From assembly GCA_049317665.1 (NCBI GenBank), contig JBMOHW010000001.1:17144-81143 (forward strand): a stretch of DNA of 64,000 nt, in the 5' to 3' direction. This document shows positions 54,247 through 62,901 of this stretch, in pieces. Source of the stretch: Terrimicrobiaceae bacterium. GTDB taxonomy: Bacteria; Verrucomicrobiota; Verrucomicrobiia; Chthoniobacterales; Terrimicrobiaceae. Positions within the stretch are counted from its first letter, which is position 1; each line of letters opens with the position of its first letter. The position numbers and the translations under genes were made by a program. The notes below the pieces were generated by a model that saw nothing but the letters and a program-made list of their open reading frames with translations, was not told the origin of the DNA and did no database searches.

Positions 54247-55146
54247 TCAACTGGATGGAATAGTCGCGTTGTCGTCGCCCCGGATCTTCGCCATGGCCGA
54301 GCACAGGCAGGCTCCGAGGATGATAAGCGCGCCCGAGAGGTAGACCCAGAGAAGGAGCAGCATCAGACCGCCGACCGTCCCGTAGATGGCGTTGTAGTTG
54401 ACGAAGCGAGGGATGTAGTTGACGAAGGCCGTCTGGCAGAATTGCAGGGTCAGTGTGACCAGCAGGGCCGCAAACCAGACTTGGCTGAAATACACTCTCC
54501 GCCGGGGTGCCAGCATGTAGAGCATCGAGAGCGCGTAGAACAAAACGAGCGCGGCCACGATATACCGGCTCCAATCAAAGATGACTCCGATCAAATCGAG
54601 ATTGAGACCGGGAAGGTGAAGCCGGATGAACGACTCGAAGGCCACGAGGGCTTTCCGCGCCCCCTGCAAAAGCGCTGGGGCGACCAGTCCGATCAGCAGC
54701 GCACTCGTCATCACGGCGATCATCAGCAGATTCTTCAGCGGCAGTTGCCACCAAGGAATCTCGACCGTGTGCCACGCCCGGTTGACCCCACGGACCAATG
54801 CTTGAAAAAAGCGCAGCGAACTCCACAGCAGAATCACCAGGGAGACCAAGCTCACGCTGCCACGGGATTTTTCGAGACTCGCCACCATTTCCCAGACGAA
54901 CACCTGCTCGGACTCGCCCATCGGAAAAAACCGCTCGCTTGTCGCGATGACCTCCGCGGGCGAGAAAAACGACGAACCGACGGTCAGCAACAGGGCGAAG
55001 AGCGGGAAAAGCGCAAAGAGCGCGTAATACGCAAAGGAAGCGGCTCGTTGCTCGCCGTCGATTTCCGAGAACGTCTTCAGCGTTTCCCATCCTGTTCGCA
55101 AAACATCCCAGAGGCGTTTCATCCATGCGTCCATTGTCCCGGACAC
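54247..55146 (-). CDS. YihY/BrkB family membrane protein
   Basis: 299-aa polytopic ORF. N-terminal DGEQRAASFAYYALFALFPL and overall topology typical of the YihY family. Confidence 0.8.
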   Translation of the reverse strand: MSGTMDAWMKRLWDVLRTGWETLKTFSEIDGEQRAASFAYYALFALFPLFALLLTVGSSFFSPAEVIATSERFFPMGESEQVFVWEMVASLEKSRGSVSLVSLVILLWSSLRFFQALVRGVNRAWHTVEIPWWQLPLKNLLMIAVMTSALLIGLVAPALLQGARKALVAFESFIRLHLPGLNLDLIGVIFDWSRYIVAALVLFYALSMLYMLAPRRRVYFSQVWFAALLVTLTLQFCQTAFVNYIPRFVNYNAIYGTVGGLMLLLLWVYLSGALIILGACLCSAMAKIRGDDNATIPSS

Positions 55147-55222
55147 TCTAGCGCTTCTCTCTCAGGTTCCCATCAAAAAAACTCCTTTACTTCGCATGTT
55201 ACGCGAATAGTAATTGTTCCCT

Positions 55223-55750
55223 ATGAGTCAATCATTTGGACAGTATGTCCGTTCTTTGAGAGAGAAAGCCGGCATGACGCAGCGAGCTCTTTCGCAAGTT
55301 GTGGGTTTTCGGAGTCTGGCGCACTTGAGCGACATTGAGAGTGGGAAACGGTATCCGGCGCGTGAGACGCTGACGAAGTTTGCCGGAGCCCTCGGGGTCT
55401 CGGTGGCCGAGTTGGAATCCCGCGATGTGCGTGGGCCGGTGGAGGCGTTGAAGTCCCTTTTTTCCACCCGCCCGGAAATGATTGGGGCCTTCCTGAGATT
55501 GGCCGAGTTGGCGCAGGGAATGGATGCGGAGGAATTGATTCGACGGGTCACGGCGAAAAGCGAAGCCCCGGTCATTCGGACGCCGGACCCGGTCGTGCCG
55601 CCGCCCCAGATGGCACCGGTTGAGAAGGTTGCCGCCGCGGAGAGGTTGGAGCCGATCGCGGCACCCGTGGCACCTCCTCCGCCGAAGCCGCCTGTTCGTA
55701 AACAGCCTACTGAGAAGCCGTCTGTGGAGAATCAGCCCTCCCTATTTTAA
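55223..55750 (+). CDS. XRE-family helix-turn-helix regulator with proline-rich C-terminal tail
   Basis: ORF 55214..55750 (TTG), trimmed to ATG 55223. HTH_XRE core FGQYVRSLREKAGMTQRALSQVVGFRSLAHLSDIESGKRYP. Tail PVVPPPQMAP...APVAPPPPKPPVRKQP. Confidence 0.75.
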   Translation: MSQSFGQYVRSLREKAGMTQRALSQVVGFRSLAHLSDIESGKRYPARETLTKFAGALGVSVAELESRDVRGPVEALKSLFSTRPEMIGAFLRLAELAQGMDAEELIRRVTAKSEAPVIRTPDPVVPPPQMAPVEKVAAAERLEPIAAPVAPPPPKPPVRKQPTEKPSVENQPSLF

Positions 55751-56635
55751 ATGGCGGCGGCCGCGACTGCCGGTGGGCTTCGCCTTGAGCACGGAGTGGG
55801 CGGGAGCGGAATTCCGAGCGGGCTCCCGGTTCTCGCTGGAGAAGCCGCGGTTTTTCCCGCTTCGAGCCATCTGACGTTCGAACGCCGGGGGCCGTGGCTG
55901 ATCGCGGAATCCGGGGAGCAAATCGTCGGGGCGATCACGGCGAGTCTCGCCCACGGTCGGATCTCGGGCACGATTCACGGGGTCTATCGCGACTTGTTCG
56001 CGGCGACCGAGGGATGGAGTCTCTATCGCATCTGGAATTTCGTTCCGCGGATCAATCGCCAGACGGACGGACTGGAAAATTACCAGGCCTTTTGCGTTGG
56101 ACGTTACGAGGCTTTTCGTGGGCAGTTCGGTGACGCGGCGCAAGATTTCATGCCGGCGGCCTCGGCTGTCGGAACCGATGCCCCGGACTTTGTCGCGTGG
56201 TTCGTCGGGGGCCGAAGCGCGGGAACTAACATTGAGAACCCCCTGCAGATTCCGGCTTATCGCTATCCCGCGATTCACTCCCCGCAGCCCCCGGCTTTTT
56301 CCCGGGCGACGAGGGTTGAGTCCGCCCGCCGCCTTTTTGTTTCGGGGACGTCCAGCATTCGAGGGCACACGACGATGGAGCCGAAAAACGTGGGTGCTCA
56401 ACTCGAAGTGACCTTGGAGAATCTCCGCGAGGTCTTCCAGGTCTCCGGCGTCTCGCCGGAACAAGGTCGGTCGTCCTACGGGATGGTCTACCTTCGGCAG
56501 GCCGCCGACCTCGATCGTGTTCGGGACGCTCTTCGCCGGGATGGGTTGTTTTCCCGAACAACCATGACTTTTCTCCGAGCCGACATCTGCCGGTCGGAAC
56601 TCGACATCGAGATCGAATGCGACGTTAATTTTTAA
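55751..56635 (+). CDS. FkbO/Hyg5/XanB2-like chorismatase (RidA/YjgF-fold) family protein
   Basis: 294-aa ORF whose ATG directly follows the XRE stop codon. Family-like motifs YRIWNFVPRIN...ENYQAFCVGRYEAF, PAASAVG, IENPLQIPAYRYP....PPAFSRAT, LFVSGTSSIRGHTT. Assigned by motif memory only. Confidence 0.6.
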   Translation: MAAAATAGGLRLEHGVGGSGIPSGLPVLAGEAAVFPASSHLTFERRGPWLIAESGEQIVGAITASLAHGRISGTIHGVYRDLFAATEGWSLYRIWNFVPRINRQTDGLENYQAFCVGRYEAFRGQFGDAAQDFMPAASAVGTDAPDFVAWFVGGRSAGTNIENPLQIPAYRYPAIHSPQPPAFSRATRVESARRLFVSGTSSIRGHTTMEPKNVGAQLEVTLENLREVFQVSGVSPEQGRSSYGMVYLRQAADLDRVRDALRRDGLFSRTTMTFLRADICRSELDIEIECDVNF

Positions 56636-57479
56636 CGCCCGGCCGTGGTTCCTGTAACGTGATCCCGTCCGTTTCGATCTGGATCAACCGCTGGCGGTAG
56701 AGGGTTCCGAGGGCCTGCTTAAATGCCTTTTTGCTGGTCTGAAACGCTGCGCGGATTTCCTCGGGAGTGCTCCGGTCGCTCAGAGACAGCCGACCACTTC
56801 GGCGAATCGTGTCGAGGATTCTTTCGGCGAGCGGTCCGATCCTTTGATAGCCCTCCGGATCAAGTCCGAGGTCAATTTTGCCGTCCGGACGGATCGCTCG
56901 CACGTAGCCGGGATGGGTCTCGCCGATCTTGATCTCGGTTCCGAGCTCGCTTCGGTAAAGTAATCCCATGTGGGAATTATCAATGATAACTTTATATCCC
57001 AAAGGAGTTTCCGAGGCGACCAGCATCGAAACAGTTGCGCCAATCGCGTAGTTCGCAGGCTCTGCGGATATGTGGCGTTCCCATCTGGCACTGGCGACAA
57101 TGCGTTGAGATTTTTCATCGATGTAGATGAATACGACAACGATATCTTGGGGATAAACCCGATGAGGTTGCTCGCGATTGGGGAGGAGGAGATCCTTCGG
57201 CAAGCCCCAGTCCAGAAAGGCTCCGATGGCGGGATGAACGCTGGTCACCTGAAGCGCGGCAAATTCGCCAACGACAGCCCGCGGAATCCGGGTTGTTGCG
57301 ATGAGGCGGTCCTCGGAGTCGCGATACAGGAAAACGTCAATGGCGTCCCCAACCTGTGCGCCATCTGGGATCGAATCTCCCGGGAGGAGAATTTCCCCCA
57401 GTTCGCCTCCGTCGAGATACAATCCCGGCCGGGAATCCTTCAGGACCGTGAGCGTATTGCGTTTTCCAAGAATGGCCAT
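56625..57479 (-). CDS. CvfB/YitL-family S1-like RNA-binding protein
   Basis: ORF 56625..57521, trimmed to MAILGKRNTLTVL. Repeated S1-like modules (GLYLDGGELGEILLP, GAFLDWGLPKDLLLP) and a C-terminal winged-helix-like KKAFKQALGTLYRQRLI. Confidence 0.75.
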   Translation of the reverse strand: MAILGKRNTLTVLKDSRPGLYLDGGELGEILLPGDSIPDGAQVGDAIDVFLYRDSEDRLIATTRIPRAVVGEFAALQVTSVHPAIGAFLDWGLPKDLLLPNREQPHRVYPQDIVVVFIYIDEKSQRIVASARWERHISAEPANYAIGATVSMLVASETPLGYKVIIDNSHMGLLYRSELGTEIKIGETHPGYVRAIRPDGKIDLGLDPEGYQRIGPLAERILDTIRRSGRLSLSDRSTPEEIRAAFQTSKKAFKQALGTLYRQRLIQIETDGITLQEPRPGVKN

Positions 57480-57584
57480 AGTTGGCAGGCTAGCGGGATC
57501 TCGTTCGCACGGAAACGACAAAGCGATCCGGTTCGGTTGCGATGGTCACTTGCAAGTCCGGGTGGAGTCCTGTTCGCTGCTGGG

Positions 57585-59555
57585 ATGTTGAAATCGATTC
57601 TCGCTGTGATTCCCGCTCGGAACGAGGAGGGCAACGTTGCCACCGTCGTTGCGGGGCTTTTCGAGCGGGGGATCGGAAGGGTTCGCGTGGTGGATAACGG
57701 GAGCACGGATCACACGGCGGAGGTTGCGCGGGGGGCCGGAGCCGAGGTGCTATCCGAACCGCGCGCTGGATACGGTCAGGCCTGCTGGACGGGGACTCAG
57801 GATCTTCCCGACGATGTGCACTGGATCCTCTTTTGCGATGCGGATGGGAGTGATGACCTCGACGCGATTCCGGCGTTTCTGGAGGCTGCGGAGGAAAAGG
57901 ATTTTGTTCTTGGGAACCGAATGGCGACGGCCGAGGGGCGGGCGGTGATGTCCCCCGCCCAGCGGTTCGGGAACTGGCTTGCGCCCGCCTTGCTTTGGCT
58001 GATTTTCGGAAAGCGGTTTCGGGATCTCGGGCCGATGCGTTTGATCCGGCGCGAGGCATATGAAGCGGTGGGGATGCGGGATCGCGGGTTCGGTTGGACG
58101 GTCGAGATGCAGGCCCGCGCCTGTGAGTTGGGTTTGCGGACCGAGGAACTTCCGGTTCGTTACTTCAAACGGCGGAGTGGTGTGTCAAAAGTGTCTGGAA
58201 ACCTTCGGGGAACCGTGATGGCCGGGTCGATTATTCTGTCCACGCTCGGTCAGTTTTTTCTCGCGAGGTTTGGCGTCGGAATCTCGATCCTCCTGATGGT
58301 CGCCGGGGCCTGTTTGATGACCCCTCACGGGGACTTCTCGGTTCCGGGGAATGTGCTGCGGTTTCTTGCCGGATTTGCGATGGCGGCCGTTGGCTACGTG
58401 GTTTCTTCGGCCAGCAGGTGGCGGTGGAAGAGTTTTATCGTGGCTGCGGTTCTCGTCCGGTTGCTGGCCTTTCCGATGGCGCCGGGAACCGATATTTGGC
58501 GCTATATGTGGGAGGGGATGGTGCAGTGGCATGGTCACAACCCCTACCTCGTCCCGCCGACCGCGGGGGTTCTCGACGGACTCGACGTGTGGTGGCGTGC
58601 AAAAATCAACCACCCGGATCTCACCGCCGGTTACCCGCCGTTCGTGCTCTTGATCTTCGCCGGGCTTGCCGCGATTTCGACGAGTCTCTGGTTTTTTAAA
58701 GGCGTTCTCGTGCTCGCCGACCTCGGGGTTTGTTGGTTGTTGGCCAGGCGATTTGGGCCGGATCGAGCGGCGTGGTATGCCCTGAGTCCCTTGGTTGTTT
58801 ACAGCTTTGCGGGTGGCGGGCATTTCGACCCGTTGATGCTTTTGCCGATGGTGATCGGTTGGTTTGCCCGGGAGGATCGAAGGCCGCTGCGGGCGTGCGC
58901 GTGGCTCGGGGTGGCGATCGGCATCAAATATGTCGCGGCGCCGTTGCTGGCGTTTGTTGTCTGGCGTCTGATCCGCGAGGGAAAATGGCGTGCGGCATTT
59001 CTTGGAGCCGGGCTGGGGATTCTCCCGTGGGCGCTAGCGCTGGCGTGGTTCTGGCTTCGCGACGGCCTGCACAAGCTGGCACCGGTCGAGATGGTGGCCT
59101 TCGCCCGGAGTGCGGAGTTTCTTCCCCGGTTGGTCGAGTGGTTGGAGCCCGAGACCGCCCAGAGGAATGCGATTTTCCTCTGGCCGTTTGCCATCGTAGT
59201 GGTCGCGCTGATCTTGTTTCGCAAAAACTTTGCCCGATTCGGTGAAGACGTATATATGGCGCTCTTCGCGATTTCACCGGCGGTCCACGCTTGGTATTTC
59301 ACTTGGGCGATTCCGTTCTCCTCGGCGACTGGGAATTTGGGGTTTCGCGTCGCCGGGATCACCGTGGGTGCTTACTTCCTTTTGGAACATCGACAAGCTC
59401 TCGGCCCCTCGCTTTGGAGGCTGACTTGGATCGAATGGGTGTTTATGTGGATCCCAATTCTGGCGGCTTTTGCATACAGCCGGTGGCGAGAGCTCGTTCC
59501 CACGAAGCGAGGTCGTCCACGTCCTCCAAGGGTGGCGTCATCACGCACAGGCTGA
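57585..59555 (+). CDS. fusion glycosyltransferase: N-terminal GT2 (polyprenyl-phosphate sugar synthase-like) plus C-terminal multi-TM GT-C/DUF2029-like domain
   Basis: Internal ATG 57585 (MLKSILAVIPARNEEGNV) of ORF 56970..59555. GT-A motifs VVDNGSTD and FCDADGSDD. This is followed by about 430 aa with 9-10 TM helices and a loop DIWRYMWEGMVQWHGHNPY...YPPFVLL reminiscent of PimE/GT87-type mannosyltransferases. Confidence 0.8.
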   Translation: MLKSILAVIPARNEEGNVATVVAGLFERGIGRVRVVDNGSTDHTAEVARGAGAEVLSEPRAGYGQACWTGTQDLPDDVHWILFCDADGSDDLDAIPAFLEAAEEKDFVLGNRMATAEGRAVMSPAQRFGNWLAPALLWLIFGKRFRDLGPMRLIRREAYEAVGMRDRGFGWTVEMQARACELGLRTEELPVRYFKRRSGVSKVSGNLRGTVMAGSIILSTLGQFFLARFGVGISILLMVAGACLMTPHGDFSVPGNVLRFLAGFAMAAVGYVVSSASRWRWKSFIVAAVLVRLLAFPMAPGTDIWRYMWEGMVQWHGHNPYLVPPTAGVLDGLDVWWRAKINHPDLTAGYPPFVLLIFAGLAAISTSLWFFKGVLVLADLGVCWLLARRFGPDRAAWYALSPLVVYSFAGGGHFDPLMLLPMVIGWFAREDRRPLRACAWLGVAIGIKYVAAPLLAFVVWRLIREGKWRAAFLGAGLGILPWALALAWFWLRDGLHKLAPVEMVAFARSAEFLPRLVEWLEPETAQRNAIFLWPFAIVVVALILFRKNFARFGEDVYMALFAISPAVHAWYFTWAIPFSSATGNLGFRVAGITVGAYFLLEHRQALGPSLWRLTWIEWVFMWIPILAAFAYSRWRELVPTKRGRPRPPRVASSRTG

Positions 59556-60054
59556 CGCCGACCGGAATGCGTTCGAGTGTTTCATTGAAGACCTTGTCCG
59601 TTCCCCAGGTGATTCCAGTGAAGATCTCGGGGATGAGGGTTTGGAACCCCAAGAGACAGTAACCGCCATCCTCCGCCGGCCAGATCACGATGTCGGCGGA
59701 TTTCATCGACTCCGCCGCATCGAGAAGCCGGGCGCGGTTCAGGGCTGGGCAGTCGCCGCCCAGAAAGATGAGCGGAACATCGAGACAGCGAGCGGAGTGA
59801 ACGAGTCGCGCACCAAGGTCGCCATCGCATTGGGCGAAATAATGATAATCCGCCCCCAGCCACTCGCGCATCTCATCCCCGGCATCATTCGGCGTGAACG
59901 CGATGTGAACCGTCCAGTCCTCCGGCAACGAGGCGATCTGGGTCTCGACGAGCCGGCGGTAGGCTTTCACGGCGTCGATCCCGCCGATGTCCCGCGCGAG
60001 GCGGGTTTTTACGAAGCCCCCCCGCGGGGCCTTGAGCATCAGGCAAACATTCAC
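59443..60054 (-). CDS. DUF2064 (TIGR04282-like) glycosyltransferase/nucleotidyltransferase-fold protein
   Basis: 203-aa ORF. LMLKAPRGGFVKTRL, LIFLGGDCPAL, IWPAEDGGYCLLG, ITWGTDKVFNETL. Its 3-prime end overlaps the convergent GT fusion gene by 113 nt. Confidence 0.75.
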   Translation of the reverse strand: MNVCLMLKAPRGGFVKTRLARDIGGIDAVKAYRRLVETQIASLPEDWTVHIAFTPNDAGDEMREWLGADYHYFAQCDGDLGARLVHSARCLDVPLIFLGGDCPALNRARLLDAAESMKSADIVIWPAEDGGYCLLGFQTLIPEIFTGITWGTDKVFNETLERIPVGVSLCVMTPPLEDVDDLASWERALATGCMQKPPELGST

Positions 60055-60728
60055 TCCGTCAGCAGGAGAACGGTAAGCTTTTTGGGGCCGTGAGCTCCGA
60101 GCACAAGGATTCTCTCAATATCTCCGGTCCGGCTCGGTCCGGTGATGAACGAGAGGAACGAGGGCACCTCGCCATACCTTTCTCTGACGACCGCAAACGC
60201 ATCGGCCAAGTCGCCCACCATCTGGCTGGTTGTGGCGATGAGGACATGGTGCGGAGGCAAAACAGAAAGCGCACGGCCGCCGGCCGAGGCCGCCGTGACA
60301 ACGATCCCGCCGGTTTGTGCCACCAGACAATCGCAGCCGCTGATCCCGGCATCGCAGGGTTCGAGTTCGGCGGACGTGTAGGGTTGATCGGTTCGTAGCG
60401 TTGGCAATCCGAGAGCGGATATCGCTGCGTTACCGATATCGAAGTTGTGGGTCGCAATCGATTTCCAGCCTTCCTCACAGGCAATTAACGCTAGAACCGA
60501 TGCCACCGCCGCGCGGTCCGCACAGCGGTGCACAACAGTTTTCAGGTCAGTGGAATTCTTTTCGAAGAGGGCCACCAGTTCCTCGGACGACCGTGGCACC
60601 GGGGGGAGCCAGTCCTGGGGTGGGTGGGACACTGCCTGTCCGGCCCCGGCGAGGTGACGCTTCGGAGCAGGAACGGCGAGGGCTTCGCGAATCCGGCGGA
60701 GGATTTTCTCGCGGCTGTCAGCGGGCAT
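60051..60728 (-). CDS. lutC: lactate utilization protein C (LUD domain)
   Basis: 225-aa ORF. LUD/YkgG-like pattern (REKILRRIREAL, GISGCDCLVAQTGGIVV, HVLIATTSQMV...GPSRTGDIE). Last gene of a lutABC-type operon. Confidence 0.8.
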   Translation of the reverse strand: MPADSREKILRRIREALAVPAPKRHLAGAGQAVSHPPQDWLPPVPRSSEELVALFEKNSTDLKTVVHRCADRAAVASVLALIACEEGWKSIATHNFDIGNAAISALGLPTLRTDQPYTSAELEPCDAGISGCDCLVAQTGGIVVTAASAGGRALSVLPPHHVLIATTSQMVGDLADAFAVVRERYGEVPSFLSFITGPSRTGDIERILVLGAHGPKKLTVLLLTE

Positions 60729-62121
60729 TGCGGGTCCTCCAGAATTCTTTGAACGATTGCGGCGGGGCCTTCGGGAGGTCGCGCGTGGCGGTCCACATCC
60801 GAGCGGGATCGATCACTTGGCCGCGAATCAACCGCAGGATGGGATCGCCGAGACGCAGAAGAGGAGCCGCGAAGCGGTAGAGCAGCGGGCGGCGCATGAA
60901 CCATGCGAACCCGGCGAAGATTGGCTTTTCCCACCAGACGAATTTCTGAGCGATAGCATTGCGACGATTTTGCAGCAGGTGGTGATGCAGATCGATTTTC
61001 ACCGGGCAAGTCTCCGTGCAGGCCCCGCAGAGCGAGGAGGCAAACGAGAGGTGCTTCCATGATTGCAGCCCGCGGAGGTGGGGCGTGATAACCGAGCCGA
61101 TCGGTCCCTGATAGGTCGTTCCGTAAGAGTGACCGCCCACATTCTTGAAGATCGGGCAAACATTCAGGCACGCCCCGCAGCGGATGCAATGCAGCGAATC
61201 TCTCTGCTCGGCATCGGCGAGGAGAGTTGTCCGCTGGTTATCGAGGAGGACGACATGATACTCGACCGGGCCGTCTGTTTCGCCTGTCTCGCGCGGCCCC
61301 CCCAGAAGGGTGTTGTAGCATGTCATGTTCTGGCCGGAGCCGGATGTGGCCAGCATGGGAAGGAGGAGTGCGAGATCGTCGAGCTTCGGAACGACTTTCT
61401 CGATGCCCACGATGGTGACCAGCACACGGGGAAGCGTGGTGCTCAGGCGTGCGTTGCCTTCGTTTTCCGTGATCGAGATGTGTCCGGTCTCGGCAACGGC
61501 GAAGTTGGCGCCACTGATCCCCATGTCGGCCTCGCAATACTTTTTGCGCATGACATCTCGGGCGATCATCGTGAGTTCCTCTGGCGTATCGGCAGGCTGC
61601 GAACCCAGTTTCTTTTCGAAAGTATCGCTGATCTCTCCCCGCGTGAGGTGCATCGACGGGAAAACGATGTGGTAGGGCGGCTCCTCACGGAGTTGGACGA
61701 TGAACTCTCCGAGGTCGCTCTCGACCACATGGTAGCCTTCTTTTTCGAGAGCTTGCGCGAGGTGGATTTCCTCGCCAGTCATTGTCTTCGATTTGATGAT
61801 CCGGCGAACTCCCGCCTTGCGCGCCACTTCGGCGATGTAGCCCGATGCCTCGGGGCCGTCGGCCGCCCAAAAAACTTTGGTGCCGCGGGCGGCGAGCTTG
61901 TCGGTGAACTCAATGAGATACTTGTCGAGATGATTGACCGCCTCGTATTTTGCCGCTGCCGCTGAGGCGCGGGCGGATTGCCAGTCGGTAAACTTCGCCT
62001 TTTGCTCGTCCCGCTTGACGTAGTAACCCCCGAGAGCTTTCTGGATCAGGCTCCGGTGCCGGAGATCGTGCGTGAGGACCTCGGCATCGTGGTGGAACTG
62101 GCGGGACTGGATTGTGCTCAT
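60718..62121 (-). CDS. lutB: lactate utilization protein B (4Fe-4S, LUD domain)
   Basis: ORF 60718..62211, trimmed to ATG 62121 (ATGA overlap with the lutA stop). Ferredoxin motifs CIRCGACLNVCP and CGACTETCP. Confidence 0.9.
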   Translation of the reverse strand: MSTIQSRQFHHDAEVLTHDLRHRSLIQKALGGYYVKRDEQKAKFTDWQSARASAAAAKYEAVNHLDKYLIEFTDKLAARGTKVFWAADGPEASGYIAEVARKAGVRRIIKSKTMTGEEIHLAQALEKEGYHVVESDLGEFIVQLREEPPYHIVFPSMHLTRGEISDTFEKKLGSQPADTPEELTMIARDVMRKKYCEADMGISGANFAVAETGHISITENEGNARLSTTLPRVLVTIVGIEKVVPKLDDLALLLPMLATSGSGQNMTCYNTLLGGPRETGETDGPVEYHVVLLDNQRTTLLADAEQRDSLHCIRCGACLNVCPIFKNVGGHSYGTTYQGPIGSVITPHLRGLQSWKHLSFASSLCGACTETCPVKIDLHHHLLQNRRNAIAQKFVWWEKPIFAGFAWFMRRPLLYRFAAPLLRLGDPILRLIRGQVIDPARMWTATRDLPKAPPQSFKEFWRTRNAR

Positions 62122-62840
62122 GCGAGGGAGTGGGAGAGAACTTCGGCGAGGTGCATGCTGCGGATGGGTTTTCTCTGACGGTCGAGCAGGCCTTGAATCT
62201 GCATCAGGCAACTCGAGTCGTTCGATATCACGAGGTCAGCACCGGTTTCCGCAATCGACGCGCATTTTACCTCGCCCATCGCAGTCGAGATCTCGGGGAA
62301 TTTCACCGCAAATGTCCCTCCGAATCCGCAGCACGTTTCGGCCTCTTTCATCTCGATGAGCTCGAGCCCCCGAACATGTCGGAGCAGTTCGCGAGGCTCA
62401 CGCTTGATTCCGAGTTCCCGCAAGCCGTGGCAGCCGTCATGAAACGTCGCCTTCGCCGGGAACTCCGCGCCGATATCACCGACGCCCAGCACGTTGACCA
62501 GAAACGATGAGAACTCGTGGGTCTTTGCCGCAAGCGACTTCGCCTCAGCCTCGCGCGGTTCGCCATGGAACATCTCCGGATAAAAAACTTTCAGCATCGC
62601 CCCGCAAGATCCCGAGACCCCCACGACCACCTCGGCGTCCCGAAATGCATCCAGCATCGTCTCGGCGACCGATCGCGCCTCGGGCCAATATCCCGAATTG
62701 AAGGCCGGCTGTCCGCAGCAGGTCTGCGACTCCGGGTAGTCGACGGTGTGTCCGAGCTTCTCCAGGATTTTCACCATCCCGATCCCTGCGTTGGGATAAT
62801 ACTGGTCAACGAAGCAGGGGATAAAAAGGGAGATCTTCAC
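62118..62840 (-). CDS. lutA: lactate utilization protein A ((Fe-S)-binding, CCG-domain)
   Basis: ORF 62118..63182, trimmed to GTG 62840 (VKISLFIPCFVDQYYP). Two CCG motifs (QTCCGQPAFNSG, ETCCGFGG). The upstream extension overlaps hldD and is rejected. Confidence 0.85.
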   Translation of the reverse strand: MKISLFIPCFVDQYYPNAGIGMVKILEKLGHTVDYPESQTCCGQPAFNSGYWPEARSVAETMLDAFRDAEVVVGVSGSCGAMLKVFYPEMFHGEPREAEAKSLAAKTHEFSSFLVNVLGVGDIGAEFPAKATFHDGCHGLRELGIKREPRELLRHVRGLELIEMKEAETCCGFGGTFAVKFPEISTAMGEVKCASIAETGADLVISNDSSCLMQIQGLLDRQRKPIRSMHLAEVLSHSLA

Positions 62841-62901
62841 AAATGAGCGATTTCGATCATTATCGAGGAAATCCTCGAATTTGCAAGGGGGTGTATTCTT
62901 C

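Noticed and set aside
56970-57584. N-terminal 205-codon extension of the glycosyltransferase ORF
   Set aside because: The extension is antisense to the CvfB-like gene. The GT2 domain begins with MLKSILAVIPARNEEGN at 57585.
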